Position numbers and translations under genes: made by a program. From an uncultured Candidatus Saccharibacteria bacterium (GTDB lineage Bacteria; Patescibacteriota; Minisyncoccia; GWC2-36-17; WO2-46-25), in assembly GCA_964359755.1 (NCBI GenBank), contig CAYHUB010000004.1, positions 1 through 39,730 of the forward strand: a stretch of DNA of 39,730 nucleotides. The letters are read 5' to 3'. Positions 17,195-25,300 of the stretch are shown here, piece after piece. Positions within the stretch are counted from its first letter, which is position 1; every line of letters begins with the position of its first letter. The notes below the pieces were generated by a model. That model was not told the origin of the DNA and ran no database searches. It saw only the letters and a list, made by a program, of their open reading frames with translations.

Positions 17195-17701
17195 ATGTCA
17201 AAAACAAATGAACGCACGTTAGTTATCTTGAAGCCCGATGCGCTTGATCGCGGTATCGTCGGCGAGATTCTTACTCGCTTTGAACGGGTGGGTACGAAGA
17301 TGGTAGGTATGAAGCTTTTGGTGTCTGAAAAAGATGCGGCGGAACGGCACTATACTGAAGATCTCGCGAAACGCCGGGGGGAACACGTGCGTACGATGAT
17401 GATCGAGATGCTTACCTCGGGACCGATTGTGGCGATGGTGCTTGAGGGTATTGATGTGGTTGAAGTGGTGCGCAAAATGATCGGTGCCACCGAGCCGAAG
17501 TCCGCCGCCCCGGGAACCATCCGCGGCGACTACGCGCATATCTCATATCGGTTTGCCGATGAAAGAAAAATAGGCGTGTTCAACCTTATTCACGCGTCCG
17601 CCACGCCCGAAGAGGCGGTTGTGGAGATCGATATTTGGTTTAAGCCGGAAGAGCTCGTAAAACACGCTCCCAGCTACACGAAATTGACCCTTCACGAATA
17701 G
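17195..17701 (+). CDS. ndk: Nucleoside diphosphate kinase
   Basis: ERTLVILKPDA, SGPIVAMV, GATEP..AAPGTIRGDY, NLIHAS (catalytic His). Confidence 0.97.
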   Translation: MSKTNERTLVILKPDALDRGIVGEILTRFERVGTKMVGMKLLVSEKDAAERHYTEDLAKRRGEHVRTMMIEMLTSGPIVAMVLEGIDVVEVVRKMIGATEPKSAAPGTIRGDYAHISYRFADERKIGVFNLIHASATPEEAVVEIDIWFKPEELVKHAPSYTKLTLHE

Positions 17702-17713
17702 GGTTTTTGGGGT

Positions 17714-17742
17714 TTGCATTTTCCTCCCGAAAGGAGTATAAT
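17714..17742 (+). promoter_or_regulatory. Promoter of the 6S RNA candidate
   Basis: TTGCAT, 17 nt, TATAAT, about 7 nt before the RNA closing stem. Confidence 0.7.
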
Positions 17743-17749
17743 ACCGATA

Positions 17750-17895
17750 GCTCTACAGGGGTAGGCAACGACTTAAGGTCAAATAATTGTTCTCGGGAGC
17801 CTTACATTGATGTGAATTGCTGGTTCGTCCGGAATTCATATCTGCGGGCACCCACGTGGACACTAGCTTAAGTCCGAGCCTCCCGTATGCAGAGC
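17750..17895 (+). ncRNA. ssrS: 6S RNA candidate (about 146 nt)
   Basis: Rod-like fold: GCTCT/AGAGC, AGGC/GCCT, GACTTAAG/CTTAAGTC closing stem; AT-rich central bubble; GGGAGCC...GGCACCC motifs typical of 6S RNAs; GATGTGAATT/AATTCATATC terminal stem. Flanked by promoter and terminator. Confidence 0.75.
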
Positions 17896-17898
17896 AAG

Positions 17899-17943
17899 AA
17901 ATTCTCTGATTCGCCATGTGGCGGACGGAGAATTTTGTTTTTT
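17899..17943 (+). terminator. Intrinsic terminator after the 6S RNA candidate
   Basis: AAATTCTCTG.TTCGCCA..TGGCGGA.GGAGAATTT followed by a T run. Confidence 0.75.
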
Positions 17944-18053
17944 AGAAAGACCTCTTGTTGATTTTTTTATGCCGGTAAATCGTCTCTATTTTTCGCACGG
18001 ACTTCCCATTCTTTTGGCGATCTAAATGGTTTATTTAAATGAAGTCAGTCGAA

Positions 18054-18100
18054 GACCATGAGCGGAGACATAGATTTATCTATGTTGAAGTCGAATGGTC
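18054..18100 (-). repeat. REP-like palindrome fused to the tRNA-Pro 3' end
   Basis: Minus strand GACCAT-TCGACT...CGCTC-ATGGTC with a nested ACATAGAT/ATCTATGT hairpin; the TTCGACT..CGCTCA core also occurs at about 22675. Confidence 0.6.
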
Positions 18101-18169
18101 GGGCCACTGGGAATCGGACCCAGACTACAAGACCCCCAGCCTTGCGTACTACCACTATACGATGGCCCG
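18096..18169 (-). tRNA. tRNA-Pro (GGG), CCA encoded
   Basis: CGGGCCA/TGGCCCG acceptor stem, TAGTGGTA D-loop, CAAGG-CTGGGGG-TCTTG anticodon arm, CTGGG-TCCGATT-CCCAG T arm, ACCA end. Confidence 0.95.
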
Positions 18170-18199
18170 TAAAATAATGCTGCCATTATGCCATTAAAA

Positions 18200-18228
18200 C
18201 AAAACCCCCGCCATAGGCGGGGGTTTTG
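18200..18228 (-). terminator. Terminator after rpmB
   Basis: CAAAACCCCCGCC-ATA-GGCGGGGGTTTTG, a perfect 13-bp stem. Confidence 0.8.
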
Positions 18229-18237
18229 AGAAGAATG

Positions 18238-18426
18238 TTATTTACTTGCTTTGTTTGCGGTCCTGATGCATTGCGTGCATGCGCGAACGCGAGCGTTGTT
18301 GATGATCGCCCACTGGATATTCGGGTATTTGCGTCGCTTGCAGGTCGGATTGTATTTACCTCTCAGTTTCTTGAGAACGGTAGATAATGCAGATGTTTTT
18401 TCGCACACTTTACATGATCGTGGCAT
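18238..18426 (-). CDS. rpmB: 50S ribosomal protein L28 (Zn-ribbon type)
   Basis: MPRSCKVCEK...KRRKYPNIQW...VRACTQCIRT; start moved to ATG 18426. Confidence 0.88.
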   Translation of the reverse strand: MPRSCKVCEKTSALSTVLKKLRGKYNPTCKRRKYPNIQWAIINNARVRACTQCIRTANKASK

Positions 18427-18516
18427 AGATTTGTATAAAAACTTTACGGCTGGAGTGTAGCATACTCTTTTAAACGAAGCAAGAGTTTGGTATAGTATTG
18501 TTTGGTATAAAGCATT

Positions 18517-19131
18517 ATGGATTTTCAACTCGCGTTATTTCAAATAACGGTACTTATTTTCTCCGCGGTGATTCACGAGGTGTCGCATGGAGCGATGGCT
18601 AATCATTTGGGCGACCCGACCGCGAAAAATCTCGGCCGGCTGACGCTCAATCCGCTCAAGCATCTTGAGGTGTTCGGCTCTTTTTTATTTCCGCTGATGA
18701 CCTATTTTGGGAGCGGGGGAAGTTTCTTATTCGGGTGGGCAAAGCCCGTACCGTATAACCCTTTATTTTTGCGCGACCCAAAGCGCGGCGCGGCGTATAT
18801 CGCCGTTGCAGGACCGCTCGCGAATTTTTCCATCGCGCTGGTGCTTGGTATGGTGCTACGCACCATCTCCCTTCCTGACGCGTTTGCGATGGCATTTGCG
18901 ATTATTGTATATATCAATATATTACTGGGAGTGTTCAATCTCGTGCCGATCCCTCCGCTTGACGGGTCAAAACTGCTGTTTGCCGTACTGGGTGATAAGC
19001 ATGCGGCAATAGAGCGGTTTTTGGAGCAGAACGGCATGCTCATCCTCCTTCTTTTTATTTTCTTCGGTTTTCACCTCCTCACGCCTATCATCGGAGTTCT
19101 TTTCCGTCTCTTTTCGGGCACTTCATTCTAA
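18517..19131 (+). CDS. Site-2 protease (peptidase M50) family protein
   Basis: IHEVSHG, LGDPTAK..GRLTLNPLKH, FGWAKPVP, AGP..N, FNLVPIPPLDG. Confidence 0.95.
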   Translation: MDFQLALFQITVLIFSAVIHEVSHGAMANHLGDPTAKNLGRLTLNPLKHLEVFGSFLFPLMTYFGSGGSFLFGWAKPVPYNPLFLRDPKRGAAYIAVAGPLANFSIALVLGMVLRTISLPDAFAMAFAIIVYINILLGVFNLVPIPPLDGSKLLFAVLGDKHAAIERFLEQNGMLILLLFIFFGFHLLTPIIGVLFRLFSGTSF

Positions 19132-19149
19132 TTTCTTTTTTGTGCGGGG

Positions 19150-19178
19150 TTGACTTTTTCGCGCCAATTTGATACTTT
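19150..19178 (+). promoter_or_regulatory. Candidate str operon promoter
   Basis: TTGACT, 17 nt, TACTTT with a TG extension. Confidence 0.45.
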
Positions 19179-19219
19179 TCATATACGCGCATTGCGCGCA
19201 GTTTTATTATAAGAAACCT

Positions 19220-19636
19220 ATGCCGACTATTAATCAATTGGTGCGAAATCGAAGAAGGAAGGTTTCAGGTAAATCAAAGTCTCCCGCACTGGGGACGAGT
19301 TTTAACGTTATTCAAAATAGACCGAAAGATTACAACTCTCCGTTTAAACGAGGAGTGTGTATCGTGGTAAAAACCATTACGCCGAAAAAACCGAACTCAG
19401 CGCTTCGGAAGGTTGCGAGAGTGCGGCTGACAAACGGGCAGGAAGTAACGGCGTATATCGGCGGCGAAGGGCACAGCTTGCAAGAACACTCGGTGGTGGT
19501 CATCCGCGGCGGGAGAGTGAAAGACCTTCCGGGTGTGCGCTACCATGTGGTGCGCGGCGTGCTTGATGCGTCGGGTGTTGAAAACAGGAAACGAGGAAGA
19601 TCAAAGTATGGAGCAAAGGTTGCAAAAAAAGCATAA
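19220..19636 (+). CDS. rpsL: 30S ribosomal protein S12
   Basis: [36 protein letters not shown]. Confidence 0.99.
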   Translation: MPTINQLVRNRRRKVSGKSKSPALGTSFNVIQNRPKDYNSPFKRGVCIVVKTITPKKPNSALRKVARVRLTNGQEVTAYIGGEGHSLQEHSVVVIRGGRVKDLPGVRYHVVRGVLDASGVENRKRGRSKYGAKVAKKA

Positions 19637-19654
19637 TAAGGAAATAAGGAAAAA

Positions 19655-20122
19655 ATGAGGAGAAAACAAAAATATAAAAGGGAAATAGAGCCGGATTATC
19701 TGTATAACAATCCGGTGGTTGCGAAATTCATCAATATTGTGATGAAAGCCGGCAAAAAGACGATTGCCGAGAAGGTTGTTTATGGCGCGCTTGAAAATAT
19801 AAAAGAAACAACAAAAAAGGACCCCATGGAGTTTTTTGACACAGCGATCAGAAATATTTCTCCGCTGGTGGAGTTGAAGTCAAAAAGAATGGGCGGAGCG
19901 AATTATCAGGTTCCTCGCGAGGTGCGCGGGGAGCGCCGGCTGGCGCTTGCATTTCGTTGGCTTATTACCGCGGCAAACGCGAAGAAGGGAAAGCCGATGG
20001 CATTAAAGCTTGCAGAGGAGATCATGCTCGCGGCAAAGAACGAAGGGGCCGCCGTGAAGAAGAAGATGGACACTCATAGAATGGCAGAAGCCAATAAGGC
20101 GTTTGCGCATTTCAGCTGGTAA
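19655..20122 (+). CDS. rpsG: 30S ribosomal protein S7
   Basis: KFINIVMKAGKK, RMGGANYQVP, HRMAEANKAFAH. Confidence 0.99.
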   Translation: MRRKQKYKREIEPDYLYNNPVVAKFINIVMKAGKKTIAEKVVYGALENIKETTKKDPMEFFDTAIRNISPLVELKSKRMGGANYQVPREVRGERRLALAFRWLITAANAKKGKPMALKLAEEIMLAAKNEGAAVKKKMDTHRMAEANKAFAHFSW

Positions 20123-20126
20123 ACAT

Positions 20127-20176
20127 AGTTATAAAGTCTATAAAGTCCTTATGGACTTTTAGCTTTATATAAACTT
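20127..20176. repeat. AT-rich hairpin built from 9-mer repeats between rpsG and fusA
   Basis: TATAAAGTC x2, then the complementary GGACTTT.AGCTTTATA. Confidence 0.6.
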
Positions 20177-20186
20177 TTTATTTTTT

Positions 20187-22292
20187 ATGTCACGAGCATA
20201 TCCGCTAGAAAAGGTACGAGATATCGGTATCATTGCGCACATTGACGCGGGTAAGACCACGGTGTCTGAGCGCGTTCTTTTTTATACGGGCGTTTCGCAT
20301 AAGATCGGCGAAGTGCATGAGGGCGCTGCGGTCATGGACTGGATGGAACAAGAGCGGGAGCGCGGGATCACTATCACCGCGGCGGCAACGACCTGTTTTT
20401 GGATTCCTACGTATCAGAAGGGAAATAAAGCATTTGAACATCGTATTAATCTGATCGATACCCCGGGACATGTCGATTTCACCGTCGAGGTGGAGCGTTC
20501 GCTTCGCGTGCTTGACGGGGGCGTCGTGGTGTTTGACGGGGTAGCGGGCGTGGAGCCGCAGTCAGAAACGGTATGGCATCAGGCGGACAAATATAACGTG
20601 CCGCGTATTTGTTTTATCAATAAACTTGATCGCGTCGGCGCGCGATGGGAAAAAGATGTCGCGTCTATTCGGGAGCGGCTGAACCCCAAGGCGGTGCCGA
20701 TCCAAATTCCTGTAGGCGAAGAAGAAAATTTTGCCGGCGTGATCGATCTGATCACGGAAAAATTCATCATGTTTTCGGGCGATCACGGAGAGACTCTTGT
20801 TGTTCAAGAAATTCCTGATGCGGAAAAAGAGCGCACCAAAAAATATCGTGAAGAAATGATCGACGCTATCGCGTCAGACGACGATACGATTACGGAAAGA
20901 TATCTTGCGGGAGAAGTGATTCCCGTCGCTGATATTAAAGCAGTGATCAGACGGTTGACGATTGCAGGAACCATCAACCCGATATTGTGCGGTACGGCGC
21001 TTAAAAACAAAGGAGTGCAATTGATGCTTGATGCAGTCGTTGATTATTTGCCGTCGCCGCTTGATCGCGGTGCGGTGACCGGCATTGATCCCAATACGGA
21101 AAAGGAAATTACACGAAATCCAAATGATACGGATCCGTTTTCGGCGCTTGCCTTTAAGATTGCGACCGATCCGTTCGTGGGTTCGCTTGCGTTCTTCCGT
21201 ATTTATTCCGGAACGCTTACAAAAGGATCATACGTATACAATTCTACAAAAGGAGAGAAAGAGCGCATCAGCCGCATTCTTCGCTTGCACGCGAACCAGC
21301 GTGAAGAAGTAGATCAGATCTTTGCGGGAGAGATTGCCGCTGCGGTCGGGTTGAAAGGCACTACCACGGGCGATACGCTGTGCGATGAGGACAACCCAAT
21401 TATTTTAGAGCGCATTACTTTTCCTGAGCCGGTTATTTCGATCCGTATTGAGCCAAAAACAAAAGCAGATCAGGAAAAAATGGGTCTTGCGCTTCGCCGG
21501 CTTGGCGAAGAAGATCCGACCTTCCGTATCCGCGTTGACCAAGAAACCGCAGAAACCATTATTTCGGGTATGGGCGAGCTTCACCTCGAGATCATTGTGG
21601 ACCGCATGTTCCGTGAGTTCGGCGTGAGCGCGAACGTGGGCACGCCGCAGGTGGCATATCGGGAAACCATCAGAAAGATGGCTGAGGCGGAAGGGAAGTA
21701 TATTAAACAAAGCGGCGGAAGAGGCCAGTATGGCCATGTGCGCTTGCGCGTAGAACCCCGAGAACGAGGCGCAGGATTTGAATTTGAAAGCGAGCTAAAA
21801 GGGGGAGTGGTTCCTCAGGAGTTTGTGCCTGCGGTTGAGAAGGGCGTGAAAGAAGCGCTTGACAAGGGCGTACTTGCCGGATATCCGATAAAGGACGTCA
21901 GAGTAATTATTTATGACGGTTCCTATCATGAAGTTGACTCGTCCGAAGCTGCGTTTAAGATCGCAGGTTCTATGGCATTTCAGGAGTGCGTGCGCCGCGC
22001 CGATCCGGTTATCTTAGAGCCGATCATGAAGGTGGTGGCAATAACCCCTCCGCAATTCATGGGCGATGTGACGGGAGACCTGAATTCGAAGCGAGGAAAA
22101 ATAGAAAGCATCGATGATCGAGGTAATATCAAAGTCATTACCGCGAAAGTGCCGCTGGCGAAAATGTTTGGGTATTCTACGCAGATCCGTTCTATGACAG
22201 AAGGAAGAGCTTCTTTTTCCATGGAATTTTCTCATTATGATGAGGTTCCGAGAAATATCGCGGAAGACATCATTGCGGGAAAGATAAAATAA
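20187..22292 (+). CDS. fusA: Elongation factor G
   Basis: [39 protein letters not shown]. Confidence 0.99.
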   Translation: MSRAYPLEKVRDIGIIAHIDAGKTTVSERVLFYTGVSHKIGEVHEGAAVMDWMEQERERGITITAAATTCFWIPTYQKGNKAFEHRINLIDTPGHVDFTVEVERSLRVLDGGVVVFDGVAGVEPQSETVWHQADKYNVPRICFINKLDRVGARWEKDVASIRERLNPKAVPIQIPVGEEENFAGVIDLITEKFIMFSGDHGETLVVQEIPDAEKERTKKYREEMIDAIASDDDTITERYLAGEVIPVADIKAVIRRLTIAGTINPILCGTALKNKGVQLMLDAVVDYLPSPLDRGAVTGIDPNTEKEITRNPNDTDPFSALAFKIATDPFVGSLAFFRIYSGTLTKGSYVYNSTKGEKERISRILRLHANQREEVDQIFAGEIAAAVGLKGTTTGDTLCDEDNPIILERITFPEPVISIRIEPKTKADQEKMGLALRRLGEEDPTFRIRVDQETAETIISGMGELHLEIIVDRMFREFGVSANVGTPQVAYRETIRKMAEAEGKYIKQSGGRGQYGHVRLRVEPRERGAGFEFESELKGGVVPQEFVPAVEKGVKEALDKGVLAGYPIKDVRVIIYDGSYHEVDSSEAAFKIAGSMAFQECVRRADPVILEPIMKVVAITPPQFMGDVTGDLNSKRGKIESIDDRGNIKVITAKVPLAKMFGYSTQIRSMTEGRASFSMEFSHYDEVPRNIAEDIIAGKIK

Positions 22293-22301
22293 ACTACGGA
22301 T

Positions 22302-22661
22302 ATGTATGATGACATTTCCAAAATACTAAAGTCTATCACGAAAGGCGTGGTGGTGATGGAGGACGGAAAGCCCGCGTATGTTGTGGTGCCATTTGAGGAG
22401 TATAAGGAAAGCATGAAGGCAAAGAAGATCGAGGGGGTGCGGATGTGGGCAGATCCGCGCCAGCAACAGCTGGATGACGCGACCGTTATTCAGAAACTGA
22501 TCGATTACGATAGAGGAGTATCACCGCAGGATATTTTAGGAGCGGAGGAAGAAGAAGTCAGATCGCTCCTTAATTCACTTGACCGAGAACAGGAAGAAAG
22601 GGCGCCTGTTGCGGAAAACACAAGAGAAAGAGGTGTCCATTTGGAAGATTTGCCGTTTTAG
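22302..22661 (+). CDS. Hypothetical protein with a Phd/YefM-like N-terminus and an acidic tail ending EDLPF
   Basis: GVVVMEDGKPAYVVVPFEEYK resembles the Phd/YefM DNA-binding strand motif; starts 9 nt after the fusA stop. Confidence 0.75.
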   Translation: MYDDISKILKSITKGVVVMEDGKPAYVVVPFEEYKESMKAKKIEGVRMWADPRQQQLDDATVIQKLIDYDRGVSPQDILGAEEEEVRSLLNSLDREQEERAPVAENTRERGVHLEDLPF

Positions 22662-22663
22662 GG

Positions 22664-22732
22664 GGGGTTGACGCTTCGACTGCGCTCAGCATCACTTTTT
22701 GGCCAACCCTGAGTTTACCCGAGGGGTTGACG
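22664..22732. repeat. REP-like doublet flanked by a 10-bp direct repeat
   Basis: GGGGTTGACG at 22664-73 and 22723-32 encloses GCTTCGACTGCGCTCAGC and CCCTGAGTTTACCCGAGGG. Confidence 0.65.
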
Positions 22733-22755
22733 AAACCCTTATCTTTCCTTACAAT
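22727..22755 (+). promoter_or_regulatory. tuf promoter
   Basis: TTGACG, 17 nt, TACAAT. Confidence 0.7.
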
Positions 22756-22813
22756 GCCTCTATCTCGTTTTTGAGCTTTTTGTATTTATTATAACTTATT
22801 AATTAAATAATCT

Positions 22814-24007
22814 ATGGCAGAGAAATTTGAGCGTACAAAACCGCACGTGAACGTCGGAACCATCGGTCATGTCGACCACGGGAAGACAACGTTGACCGCG
22901 GCAATTCTCCACTCTCTTAACCTTACAGGGCATAAGGTAAGACTGGAGAGCATCGACCAGATCGATGCGGCACCGGAAGAAAAAGCGCGCGGTATTACGA
23001 TTGCGCTGCATCATTCGGAGTATGAATCCGACAAGCGGCATTATGCGCATATTGATGCGCCGGGCCATGCGGACTATATCAAAAATATGATCACCGGTGC
23101 GGCGCAAATGGACGGCGCGGTATTGGTTGTGGCGGCATCAGACGGTCCGATGCCTCAGACTCGAGAACACATTTTACTCGCGCACCAAGTAGGCGTGCCG
23201 CGATTGATCGTGTTCCTCAATAAGATTGACATGGTTGATGATCCGGAGCTTATTGACCTTGTTGAAGAAGAGATTAGGGATCTTCTTACAAAGTATAAAT
23301 ATGACGGCGCGAATACGCCGATCATTCGCGGTTCAGGTCTTAAAGCACTCCAGGCAACCTCAAAAGATGACGAGTGGGTAAAGAAGGTGGTTCAACTCGT
23401 AGAGACCATGGATGAGTACATCCCGGATCCTGTGCGCGATCTCGATAAGCCGTTCCTGATGCCGATCGAAGACATTTTCTCAATTGAAGGCCGCGGTACG
23501 GTGGTCACCGGGAGAGTGGAGCGCGGACGGGGGAAGGTGAATGATGAGGTAGAAATCGTCGGCTTGCGCCCAAACATGAAAACAGTGATCACCGGTATTG
23601 AAATGTTCAATAAATCGCTTGATGAAGCGATGGCTGGCGATAACGCGGGCGTGTTGCTCCGCGGTGTTAAGAAAGAAGATGTAGAGCGCGGCCAGGTTAT
23701 CGTGAAGCCGGGTTCGGTTACGCCGCATACCGAATTTGAAGCGGAGGTCTATGTGCTTACGAAGGAAGAAGGAGGAAGGCACACGCCGTTCTTCAAAGGA
23801 TATAAGCCGCAATTTTACATCAGAACAACGGACGTAACGGGCGATGTGACGTTGCCGGAAGGCGCTGAAATGGTAATGCCGGGAGACACAGTGAAAGTCA
23901 AGGTTAAATTAATTGCGCCGATCGCGCTTGAAGAAAAGCAGCGATTTGCGATCCGCGAAGGCGGTAAGACAGTTGGTGCCGGCGTGGTGACTTCTATCAT
24001 CGCGTAA
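22814..24007 (+). CDS. tuf: Elongation factor Tu
   Basis: [43 protein letters not shown]. Confidence 0.99.
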   Translation: MAEKFERTKPHVNVGTIGHVDHGKTTLTAAILHSLNLTGHKVRLESIDQIDAAPEEKARGITIALHHSEYESDKRHYAHIDAPGHADYIKNMITGAAQMDGAVLVVAASDGPMPQTREHILLAHQVGVPRLIVFLNKIDMVDDPELIDLVEEEIRDLLTKYKYDGANTPIIRGSGLKALQATSKDDEWVKKVVQLVETMDEYIPDPVRDLDKPFLMPIEDIFSIEGRGTVVTGRVERGRGKVNDEVEIVGLRPNMKTVITGIEMFNKSLDEAMAGDNAGVLLRGVKKEDVERGQVIVKPGSVTPHTEFEAEVYVLTKEEGGRHTPFFKGYKPQFYIRTTDVTGDVTLPEGAEMVMPGDTVKVKVKLIAPIALEEKQRFAIREGGKTVGAGVVTSIIA

Positions 24008-24023
24008 GCATTACATATGGGGT

Positions 24024-24350
24024 ATGGCAGTAAAAGAACCGGTCGCGCAAAAATTAAGGATCAAGATCAAAGCGTACGATAACAAGATCATCGATAACAG
24101 CGCACGCCAGATCGTGGAGGCGGCTGAACGACAGGGTGTTTCGGTGTTTGGGCCGATTCCCTTGCCGACCGAGATCAAAAAGTACGCCGTGAATCGTTCG
24201 ACGTTCGTACACAAAAGCTCAGGTGAGCATTTTGAGATGCGCGTGCATAAGCGCTTGATCGACATCGGCGAGCCAACCCCGAAAACCATTGATGCTCTTA
24301 CGAATTTAAACCTGCCTGCAGGGGTAGACATCGAGATTAAGATGGTTTAG
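24024..24350 (+). CDS. rpsJ: 30S ribosomal protein S10
   Basis: [38 protein letters not shown]. Confidence 0.99.
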   Translation: MAVKEPVAQKLRIKIKAYDNKIIDNSARQIVEAAERQGVSVFGPIPLPTEIKKYAVNRSTFVHKSSGEHFEMRVHKRLIDIGEPTPKTIDALTNLNLPAGVDIEIKMV

Positions 24351-24376
24351 ATTACACATGCTTCCGCGCCACAGCA

Positions 24377-24553
24377 GAGCTCATTTCAAAACTCTTTTCG
24401 TAGCGAAACCTTTGATTTTTGGACGAGACAAGGAAGATGAGTAAAATGCCCGGAAGCGTAGCAATAGCTACGATGAGGACGTTTTAAGAAATCTGACGCA
24501 GTCGCGTTCAAAAAGCGAAGGCTGTAGTAGAAAGAGGGTTTTGAAATGAGCTC
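24377..24553. mobile_element. MITE/RPE-like palindromic element (177 bp) nested in a larger hairpin (24351-24576)
   Basis: 16-bp perfect terminal inverted repeats GAGCTCATTTCAAAAC; internal CGTAGC-AATA-GCTACG hairpin in a GAGACAAGG...GCGTA..TACG.TGAGGA...GACG layout reminiscent of Rickettsia palindromic elements. Confidence 0.7.
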
Positions 24554-24582
24554 CGTGTCGCGGAACGATGTGTAATGTAAAT

Positions 24583-24658
24583 GAGAAGCATTCGCCATTA
24601 CAACTGAAGCGCAGTATCGAGTCTGAGCTTTTAGCAATGGGCTAACAGCCCATTTTTT
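24583..24658 (+). promoter_or_regulatory. Candidate structured leader/attenuator upstream of rplC
   Basis: ACTG-AAGCG-CAGT hairpin inside a GAAGC/GCTTT stem, then the AATGGGCT-AAC-AGCCCATT-TTTT terminator. Confidence 0.5.
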
Positions 24659-24688
24659 GTGAAAAAACCTCACCATAGGGAAAGAAAT

Positions 24689-25291
24689 ATGAAGTTTTTA
24701 TTGGGAAGTAAAATTGGGATGACACAGATATTCGACGACAAGGGCGCCGCTATTGCGGTGACGCTTATTGACGTACCACCGTGCGTTGTTACCCAGATTC
24801 GCACGAAGGAGTGTGATGGATACGACGCGGTGCAACTCGGGTTTGGTAAAAAAAACAAAACAAACAAACCGGAAAAAGGGCATGCGCGCGATCTGGGAAC
24901 GTTTGCCGTATTGAAAGAATATCGCGTAAAAGAAACGACAGATAAGAAGGTGGGGGATGCGATTGATGTGTCTCTGTTTGCGGAAGGGGACGCGATCCGT
25001 GTTTCCGGCATAAGTAAGGGAAAGGGATTTCAAGGCGTCGTGAAGCGCCACCACTTCGGGGGCGGCAGAGCATCGCACGGACAAAAACACAGCGAACGCG
25101 AACCGGGATCCATCGGCTCGACATGGCCGCAACGAGTGCTCAAAGGGACGCGTATGGCAGGAAGAATGGGCGGCGAAAGGAAAACAGTGAACGGGCTTAC
25201 GGTTGCAAAGATTGACGCGGAACATAATATATTGGCGGTAACCGGAGCTGTTCCTGGAAGACGGGGAACATTGCTTGAAATCAAAGCGTAA
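24689..25291 (+). CDS. rplC: 50S ribosomal protein L3
   Basis: LGSKIGMTQIF, SKGKGFQGVVKRH, PGSIGS, MAGRMGG. Confidence 0.99.
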   Translation: MKFLLGSKIGMTQIFDDKGAAIAVTLIDVPPCVVTQIRTKECDGYDAVQLGFGKKNKTNKPEKGHARDLGTFAVLKEYRVKETTDKKVGDAIDVSLFAEGDAIRVSGISKGKGFQGVVKRHHFGGGRASHGQKHSEREPGSIGSTWPQRVLKGTRMAGRMGGERKTVNGLTVAKIDAEHNILAVTGAVPGRRGTLLEIKA

Positions 25292-25300
25292 TACATTTAT

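Noticed and set aside
17944-18050. Possible gene remnant or attachment site downstream of tRNA-Pro
   Set aside because: Only a short open stretch without a start, no duplicated tRNA 3' end elsewhere in the window, and no integrase.
24386-24676. 96-aa minus-strand ORF in the rpsJ-rplC spacer
   Set aside because: It runs antisense through the palindromic element and leader and has no protein-like features.
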